Assembly (NCBI GenBank): GCA_002422315.1
Contig: DIUJ01000050.1
Coordinates: forward strand, 27 to 64,026
Direction of reading: 5' to 3'
Origin: Bacteroidetes bacterium UBA6161
Lineage (GTDB): Bacteria; Bacteroidota; Bacteroidia; NS11-12g; UBA955
DNA: 64,000 nt
Shown here: one piece after another, positions 40,564 through 46,474 of the stretch
Numbering within the stretch: the stretch's first letter is position 1
How the letters are laid out: each line of letters begins with the position of its first letter
Notes under the pieces: model-generated
Told to the model about the DNA's origin: nothing
The model's input: the letters and a program-made list of their open reading frames with translations, nothing else
The model's database searches: none
Translations under genes and position numbers: made by a program

Positions 40564-41697
40564 CTACTTTTTTGCCAATTCTTCCTCTATCAATTTTTTC
40601 AAGGTTTCGTAATCGTCAGGTTTGTTGCCAGAGCTGCGGTAAAGTACCTCCCCACGGGCGTTAATTAAGATTTTAGTAGGAAAAGCTTTTACATCAAATT
40701 TACCGACATACTCCTGACTGTCGTATAGCATATTGAGGTCTAGTTTAAATTTGGTTTTGTATTCATCAATATCCTCTTGCTTATCAAAAGAATACAACTC
40801 TACTTTTAATTGGTCTTCGGTAAAATCATTTCTAAGTTTTTGCATTACTTTAAAACTCTGGAAACAAGGGTTGCAACCTATAAACCAAAAATCTAGTAGG
40901 GTAAGGGCTTGGAATTCTTTCTTTGGGTCAAAGTTTTGTTGTAAGGAATCTCGCTTATGATTTCTTGCTTTTTGTCTCTTATGCAATTGGATAGCAGCCT
41001 CTTTCAAGAATAAATTTGTGGTATCTATAGGAAATACAGGGCATTCCTTTTTATTTTCCCCATTTACATTAAAGTATTCAAACTGTATGTTGAAATACTT
41101 TGAAGGCTTTTTGCTTATAGAAGTAATTTCCCTTATCAACAGTGTTTTCTTGTCTATAAACAGCCTGACCCTGTTTCTATCTACAAGCAGTCTCAAATCA
41201 AAAGCATAGGTAGAATCATTTAAAGAAATCAGGTTTTTATCCTCTTGTTTTTTTGAGAAAAGGGTGCCTTCTTCAAAAGGGGTATGGTAAATTAGGCTCC
41301 AGAAGTTTGTAGGTGGTCTATAAAGATAAAATTCCTTGTCCCATGGTTCTATTTTTGTAAAGGTATCAAAAAACAAGTTAAAGGAATAGCTCCAAAAAGT
41401 ATCTATCGCATTTGATTTGACAAGGTTGAACCTATCATCGATCATTAAAACATCTGCATTGTATAAGAATTTATTGGTTTTATCTGATACCTTTCTTACT
41501 TCAAAAAATTCTTTAAAAACAACTATCTTTTTGTCTTCATCGCTCCAAGAGGAGTCTTTAATAGAAAAATCTAGCTGTTTTATTTGTTTATATGCATTTA
41601 TTACATCTGCTACTTTGTGTTGGGCATGAATAAAGTTAGCAGTAATTAAAAGCCATAAGAGGAAAACATGGCGTTTAAAGTGGTAAAGTATTTTCAT
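40564..41697 (-). CDS. Paralog P4: unknown N-terminal domain plus TlpA-like thioredoxin-fold domain (CNPC)
   Basis: Its last 155 aa differ from P1 at 5 positions and its first 52 aa at 4 positions. The central region is strongly diverged. Confidence 0.75.
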   Translation of the reverse strand: MKILYHFKRHVFLLWLLITANFIHAQHKVADVINAYKQIKQLDFSIKDSSWSDEDKKIVVFKEFFEVRKVSDKTNKFLYNADVLMIDDRFNLVKSNAIDTFWSYSFNLFFDTFTKIEPWDKEFYLYRPPTNFWSLIYHTPFEEGTLFSKKQEDKNLISLNDSTYAFDLRLLVDRNRVRLFIDKKTLLIREITSISKKPSKYFNIQFEYFNVNGENKKECPVFPIDTTNLFLKEAAIQLHKRQKARNHKRDSLQQNFDPKKEFQALTLLDFWFIGCNPCFQSFKVMQKLRNDFTEDQLKVELYSFDKQEDIDEYKTKFKLDLNMLYDSQEYVGKFDVKAFPTKILINARGEVLYRSSGNKPDDYETLKKLIEEELAKK

Positions 41698-41726
41698 TTT
41701 GTAAAAATAGTATTTATCAAATAATT

Positions 41727-43073
41727 TTAATTTAGTTTATATACTGCTCTTATTAGAAGGCCTCTGGCAATACCAGAGCCAAATGGTTCAAACTTCTCAT
41801 CTCCTTCTCTAAATTTCGTTAAATTCTGAAAAGTATATACTGAACCCATCGATCTCAATTGCAATGAAAAATTATGGTTGACTTTTTTAAACAATCTCAA
41901 TGGTTTGTATATAAATGTGTAAGCACCAAAAACCTGCATAGTCTTAAAAGCAAAATTATATTCTAAGTCGTTGGGTTCAGAAAGTAATTCAACTTTACCG
42001 TTAAAATAAGATAATCCAAGTGAAGTGGAAAATGAAAATCTATTTAAGCCACGCATAAACTTTGGATAAACAGAAATAAATGCACTTAGCCTATCTGATG
42101 ATTGTATATCAAAAACATCTGTTGGATTAGAGGATCGTAGGCCAATATAACCTAGATTTACTGACAAACGACGTTTAATAAAATATTCCAAATCTGTATT
42201 AATAACCATATAGTTAATAGTAGTACTTGACGTATTATTTTCATAATACACAGGCCTCCGATTAAAACCCAGGCCTGCATGAATGCTTTTTTCTTTATAC
42301 AGCTGGTCAAAAGTAGATATACGAAACTTTTCAGGAATTTCCTTGTTGACTTGTTTTGCAAGAGGGCTTAATTGGTATTTTATGCCGAAAGTTAAAAAAT
42401 TACTATTCGCAAACCTAGGATTATAAGGTGGCTTATTAATGTCGAAACCGCTCTCAAGTCTATTGATATAATATGTAGGGATGCTGTATATCAATTGTCC
42501 AGAAAACCTACTAGTGGGAAGATGGAATCTATTTTTAGGATAAAATTGTACAATAAAACCTGCATTTACACTTGCATCAGAAATATCTATTTTATTGGTA
42601 GAATTTATAAATCCACCTTTTACATAGGAACGATTAAATACACCAAATACTCCTATATTATAGAGGATAGAAGAGTGTTTGGGGTTTATTTGAAAAAACT
42701 TGGGATAATAAGCTACGCCTATACCCAAAAGAGGATTAAAAGAAGATAATTTTCTTCTTTCCGTTTGTGAAAAGGTAGTATCAATTTTTGAAGTACTATA
42801 ATAGTGAGTTAAAGCTGCATATCCCAAAACGGATAATCGATTTGCTAAAAAGTATTCAACATTAATTGATGCAGAGTTATTAATACCAAAATGGGTTTCA
42901 TTTACATCAATATGAATAGAAGTATTTTGAGGCAAAAATCCAAAGCCTGAATAGCATGTCCCTTTTTTTAAAGCGAAGTGACTAAAATTTTGTATTGAAG
43001 TATCTTCCGAATAGGAAAAAAAAGGCATGAAAAATGCTAAACAGAGCCAAAGTATTTTTGCTCTGTTTAGCAT
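41727..43073 (-). CDS. Hypothetical secreted protein, beta-barrel-like (uncharacterised); first gene of the thioredoxin-paralog operon
   Basis: Internal ATG gives the signal peptide MLNRAKILWLCLAFFMPFFSYSED. Tyr/Gly/Asn-rich alternating pattern. Only 29 nt separate its stop from the P4 start. Confidence 0.6.
   Translation of the reverse strand: MLNRAKILWLCLAFFMPFFSYSEDTSIQNFSHFALKKGTCYSGFGFLPQNTSIHIDVNETHFGINNSASINVEYFLANRLSVLGYAALTHYYSTSKIDTTFSQTERRKLSSFNPLLGIGVAYYPKFFQINPKHSSILYNIGVFGVFNRSYVKGGFINSTNKIDISDASVNAGFIVQFYPKNRFHLPTSRFSGQLIYSIPTYYINRLESGFDINKPPYNPRFANSNFLTFGIKYQLSPLAKQVNKEIPEKFRISTFDQLYKEKSIHAGLGFNRRPVYYENNTSSTTINYMVINTDLEYFIKRRLSVNLGYIGLRSSNPTDVFDIQSSDRLSAFISVYPKFMRGLNRFSFSTSLGLSYFNGKVELLSEPNDLEYNFAFKTMQVFGAYTFIYKPLRLFKKVNHNFSLQLRSMGSVYTFQNLTKFREGDEKFEPFGSGIARGLLIRAVYKLN
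43034..43073 (-). promoter_or_regulatory. 14-bp perfect hairpin enclosing the start codon of the 41727-43073 gene, followed by a U-run on the minus strand
   Basis: ATGCTAAACAGAGC (43034-43047) is the exact reverse complement of GCTCTGTTTAGCAT (43060-43073), with a 12-nt loop. On the minus strand the hairpin is followed by TTTTT. Confidence 0.6.
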
Positions 43074-43085
43074 GAATAGACTCAC

Positions 43086-43259
43086 GCTCTCGCTCGCATC
43101 TTTAGAGTGTGAAATTTCTTTGCTTCTGGCATCTATATTACTTATCTTCATATTTGTACTATTTTTAGTGGGCTCGCTATATTTGCACTGCTATATTTAT
43201 AATGTTCAGCTTTAAAAACATAGCCAATGCTATATCGCTCGCAAGATGCGAGCGAGAGC
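43086..43259. repeat. Inverted-repeat-bounded intergenic element, copy E1 (174 bp)
   Basis: Left end GCTCTCGCTCGCATCTT (43086-43102) is the perfect reverse complement of the right end AAGATGCGAGCGAGAGC (43243-43259). The interior matches ~135 bp of E2 with only a few mismatches. Confidence 0.85.
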
Positions 43260-43303
43260 GATGGGAAATGCGATTCAAAATCACAAACAAATATTTTTGC
43301 ATG

Positions 43304-44125
43304 TTATAACTTTTGTTTGCTACCCAAGGGGTCTCTTATATTTTTGAATGAGGTTTCTGCAAAATAGTACTTAAAAAAAACAGATACTTCTAAACTCCTT
43401 CCAAAATTTTGATGTTTAAAGTTATGTAATTCTCCTGTTTCTCTGTCCATTACGAAAATATCTCTTTCTATAAGTTTTTGGGATGTAGGAAAATGGAATT
43501 GAAGATTAATTCCTATGGCCTTTTTTCTAGAAAAATTATATTGTCCTTCAATACCTAATACAGGCCTGAAGCCACTATAATAATTTTCTACGCTATCCCA
43601 AAATTTAAAGAAAGTTTGGTCGTTATTTCTTCCTACGCTTCTCCAATCATTAGAGTTGGGTATAAATCTAATATCACTTTTTCGAAAATAGTTTAATGAT
43701 ACGGTACTCATAACTTGAATATTTCTTGCTTTATAATATATATAACCATATTTAAGTCCTGTACTAAACCTGGTAGATAAAAATGTCAAACCACCACCTT
43801 TCGTATATTCTGATTTGTCATGATACCCATCCCCTTTGTGATGAAAAACTCCTTTAATTACAGGATTATCGCTCTGCCTAAAAACAGAAATATGGTGCCT
43901 TTTATATTCCACACCAACTTTGATAGGATAAGAGGGATAAGAGGCCAATCTTTCGTAATAATACTCCTTTATTTGCTCTCGAGAAAGTGTAGCACCCGAC
44001 TGTATATAGTTAAATTGCATCATTGTAGAATAATGTAGCTCTGCAAAATACTTCCAAGTTTGTGCATTCCCCAAACTTGGAAGTATTAAAATAACCAGTA
44101 GTGCTCTATAGGATTTAATAGCCAT
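43304..44125 (-). CDS. Hypothetical secreted protein, beta-barrel-like (uncharacterised)
   Basis: Signal peptide MAIKSYRALLVILILPSLGNAQ. Tyr/Phe/Gly-rich alternating strands. No known motif recognised. Confidence 0.55.
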   Translation of the reverse strand: MAIKSYRALLVILILPSLGNAQTWKYFAELHYSTMMQFNYIQSGATLSREQIKEYYYERLASYPSYPIKVGVEYKRHHISVFRQSDNPVIKGVFHHKGDGYHDKSEYTKGGGLTFLSTRFSTGLKYGYIYYKARNIQVMSTVSLNYFRKSDIRFIPNSNDWRSVGRNNDQTFFKFWDSVENYYSGFRPVLGIEGQYNFSRKKAIGINLQFHFPTSQKLIERDIFVMDRETGELHNFKHQNFGRSLEVSVFFKYYFAETSFKNIRDPLGSKQKL

Positions 44126-44156
44126 GTATTATTCTGCCTGCTAGTGTATACAAAAA

Positions 44157-44351
44157 TTAGCTAGAAGGCATGTCTAGCTCTTGTGCAATACTTTCTATAA
44201 TATTTATACTTAAATCCACTTCGCCTTTTTCTACGCGTTGTAGCCAGTTTTGGCTCTTTCCTAATTTATTTGCAAGACCATCTTGCGAATAGCTCCGAAC
44301 TGCACGTGCTACACGTATATTTTCTCCAATTAGCTTTAAATCCAGTTTCAT
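44157..44351 (-). CDS. Truncated XRE-family HTH protein (64 aa; duplication-derived copy of 45994-46332)
   Basis: MKLDLKLIGENIRVARAVRSYSQDGLANKLGKSQNWLQRVEKGEVDLSINIIESIAQELDMPSS. The helix-turn-helix core is intact, but the ORF stops where homology to the long copy ends. -7 box TATATTTG (44357-44364, minus) lies 5 nt from the ATG. Confidence 0.7.
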   Translation of the reverse strand: MKLDLKLIGENIRVARAVRSYSQDGLANKLGKSQNWLQRVEKGEVDLSINIIESIAQELDMPSS

Positions 44352-44533
44352 TGTTGCAAATATAGAGAGTGGAAAATCGAAAATAAATAGAACAAGTTCT
44401 AATTTTAAGAACGGACAGGGAATGAAAATGCGATTCAAACTAGACCTTAAGCGTCCGGTGTCTGAGCGAAGCCGAAAACAGTAATTTGAAGCTGCTCTCG
44501 CTCGCATCTTGAGAGTGTGAAATTTCTTTGCCT

Positions 44534-44650
44534 ATGGCATCTATATTACTTATCTTCATATTTGTACTATTTTTAGTGGGCTCGCTATATTTGCACTGCT
44601 ATATTTATAATGTTCAGCTTCTGAAATATAGCCATCTCTTACAGGGGTAG
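44534..44650 (+). CDS. Candidate small hydrophobic peptide (38 aa) inside element E2
   Basis: ATG...TAG encodes MASILLIFIFVLFLVGSLYLHCYIYNVQLLKYSHLLQG. Residues 2-29 are identical in E1 (43129-43212). It is below the 60-aa cutoff of the ORF track. No expression evidence. Confidence 0.3.
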   Translation: MASILLIFIFVLFLVGSLYLHCYIYNVQLLKYSHLLQG

Positions 44651-44757
44651 CGGCCAGTGGATGGTGATACGTCAATCCCTAAGAAACTTTAGGAGGGATA
44701 CAAAATATAACATTTTCTTATACGTCAGAGGCGGTTTACTAGTTCACTCGCAAGATG

Positions 44758-44902
44758 CCATAAGTGTACGAAAGATAAAGTTTTGCTAAAAGCTAGTTAT
44801 ATTTCGTGAAGAATAAAAACAAAACCATATATAAATGCCAAGTGTATACTTTGTGATTTTAGTAAGAAAAGTAATCTTAAAAGGACTTCCGTACACTTAT
44901 GG
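44758..44902. mobile_element. 145-bp non-autonomous MITE-like insertion with 13-bp terminal inverted repeats and 7-bp target-site duplication
   Basis: TIRs are CCATAAGTGTACG (44758-44770) and CGTACACTTATGG (44890-44902). It is flanked by direct CAAGATG (44751-44757 and 44903-44909). The uninterrupted paralogous site CACTCGCAAGATGCGAGCGA is at 46621-46640. No ORF inside. Confidence 0.8.
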
Positions 44903-44989
44903 CAAGATGCGAGTGAGAGCGGGTGATAGAGGTATCACCCGCAATGGCAGGAAAAACAGTTCTAAATCATCGATAATTTAATAGAAGAA

Positions 44990-45871
44990 TCAATTTATAA
45001 CTATTCTGTTATTAATAATAGAAAAGTCTTTCGATTCCCCTGACAATGGATTATTAACCTTTCCTGATAAAGTACAAGACGAACAATTGCTGGCATCACA
45101 CCATTTAGCTATTAGTTTTGATTGGAGTGGGCATGTTTGAGTGCCACCAGCATTACATTTGCATTTTGTTGTTGATCCCGAACCAATTATAGACATCCAC
45201 GGAGAGGAATTGTCTATATCGCTGGGTACTTCTATTGCTAAAACATAGTCGAAAATATCAATAAAAACTAATTTTTTGTTATTGGGATTTGAAGAAGGCA
45301 TAAGATTTGTTTCAAGTTCAATTAGTTTTTGTATTACATTAGGATGATTATGGAATCTTGCAGGTAACATAATTCGGCCGTTTAATTCTGATGGTGTTGA
45401 GAAAAATGCCATTTTATCGTCATTGAATATAACGAGATCTTCAACTGTAGTAGATATCGTACCATTTAAAGATTCGCTAACACTTTCTGATTTTTTACAG
45501 GAACTACAACTGGTCATAACACATGCATAAGTGCCATTGGCTAGCGCCGGACTACAACCTCCTGTATTACTAGTGCAATTACATGTAACAGAACCAGTGT
45601 TCGTTTCAGGAGTGAATCCCCCATTAGCCAATGAGCCAACAATTGAATAACCGCTTGGCACTTGGAAGTTAATTTTATTATTTGTTTCAATTAATGTTGT
45701 TCCTATTGGGAAATTAAAATTAGCTAAACTAGAATAATTAATATTATTAATGGAGTTTGAAACTGTTTCATTCTGGGGATTATAAAGTTTCTCATTTGTT
45801 TTTTTACATGATGTAAAATAGATTGCCCCAACTACCAGTAAAGACAATAGTGTTAAAGTTAATTTTTTCAT
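44990..45871 (-). CDS. Orphan cysteine-rich lipoprotein with duplicated 6-Cys module
   Basis: Lipoprotein-type signal MKKLTLTLLSLLVVGAIYFTSC. There are two modules of pattern C-x-C-x6/7-C-x10-C-x4-C-x2-C: CNCTSNTGGCSPALANGTYACVMTSCSSC and CKCNAGGTQTCPLQSKLIAKWCDASNCSSC. Confidence 0.7.
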   Translation of the reverse strand: MKKLTLTLLSLLVVGAIYFTSCKKTNEKLYNPQNETVSNSINNINYSSLANFNFPIGTTLIETNNKINFQVPSGYSIVGSLANGGFTPETNTGSVTCNCTSNTGGCSPALANGTYACVMTSCSSCKKSESVSESLNGTISTTVEDLVIFNDDKMAFFSTPSELNGRIMLPARFHNHPNVIQKLIELETNLMPSSNPNNKKLVFIDIFDYVLAIEVPSDIDNSSPWMSIIGSGSTTKCKCNAGGTQTCPLQSKLIAKWCDASNCSSCTLSGKVNNPLSGESKDFSIINNRIVIN

Positions 45872-45924
45872 AAATATTTTTATTTTATTTCTTTAACAAA
45901 CATCAATAGCAAATTTTATAATTA

Positions 45925-45932
45925 CAAATCTA
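45925..45932 (-). promoter_or_regulatory. -7 promoter box TAGATTTG (minus strand) for the Cys-rich lipoprotein gene
   Basis: The plus strand reads CAAATCTA, giving TAnnTTTG on the minus strand, 53 nt upstream of the ATG at 45871. Confidence 0.45.
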
Positions 45933-45966
45933 ATTTATAGCTGGGTTGTTTTAATTTATAGCTGGG
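45931..45966. promoter_or_regulatory. Two perfect 15-bp direct repeats TAATTTATAGCTGGG spaced 21 bp (candidate operator)
   Basis: Copies at 45931-45945 and 45952-45966, immediately upstream of the -7 box of the Cys-rich gene and just downstream of the XRE gene stop (45994). Confidence 0.5.
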
Positions 45967-45993
45967 CTATTGTATTTTATATATTTTTGGCAC

Positions 45994-46332
45994 TTAAAGC
46001 TTTTTCTCCAGTGTAATTATTGCATTGGTAAGTCTCTCAATTAACTCTTCACTATTAAAAATACATTGATTAAAACTCTGAGCATTTTTACCTATAGTGC
46101 AATTATCTAATATTTTCCCTGCTAAAGTATATAATAATTGGCTAGAAGGCATGTCTAGCTCTTGTGCAATACTTTCTATAATATTTATACTTAAATCCAC
46201 TTCGCCTTTTTCTACGCGTTGTAGCCAGTTTTGGCTCTTTCCTAATTTATTTGCAAGACCATCTTGTGAATAACAACGAACCACTCGTGCAATACGAATA
46301 TTTTCTCCAATTAGCTTTAAATCCAGTTTCAT
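45994..46332 (-). CDS. XRE-family helix-turn-helix transcriptional regulator (112 aa)
   Basis: LIGENIRIARVVRCYSQDGLANKLGKSQNWLQRVEKGE is a classic HTH_XRE pattern. -7 box TATATTTG (46338-46345, minus) lies 5 nt upstream of the internal ATG. The longer ORF-track N-terminus reads through repeat DNA. Confidence 0.8.
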   Translation of the reverse strand: MKLDLKLIGENIRIARVVRCYSQDGLANKLGKSQNWLQRVEKGEVDLSINIIESIAQELDMPSSQLLYTLAGKILDNCTIGKNAQSFNQCIFNSEELIERLTNAIITLEKKL

Positions 46333-46474
46333 TCTTGCAAATATAGAGAGTGGAAAATCGAAAAAAAATAGAACAAGTTCTAATTTTAAGAACGGACAGG
46401 GAATAAAAATATGATTCAAACTAGACCTTAAGCGTCCGGTGTCTGAGCGAAGCCGAAAACAGTAATTTGAAACT

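Larger units (their letters stand above)
44494..44920. repeat. Inverted-repeat-bounded element, copy E2 (427 bp, includes a nested 145-bp MITE)
   Basis: Left end GCTCTCGCTCGCATCTT (44494-44510). The right end AAGATG...CGAGTGAGAGC is split by the insertion at 44758-44902. The adjacent hairpin GCGGGTGATA/GAGG/TATCACCCGC lies at 44919-44942. Confidence 0.8.

Noticed and set aside
43027-43215. 62-aa plus-strand ORF as a real gene from its ATG at 43027
   Set aside because: Its first ~30 codons are antisense to the signal-peptide coding region of the 41727-43073 gene and run through the hairpin and the element terminus. Only the last ~30 codons are conserved (with E2). I kept that portion only as a speculative small-peptide candidate.
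44352-44507. Long N-terminal extensions of the XRE ORFs in the track (MRARAASNYCFRLRSDTGRLRSS...), also 46333-46488
   Set aside because: The extension reads through the repeated non-coding motif GTCCGGTGTCTGAGCGAAGCCGAA and the element terminus, and is Arg/Ser-rich low complexity. An exact -7 box sits 5 nt upstream of the internal ATG (MKLDLK...).
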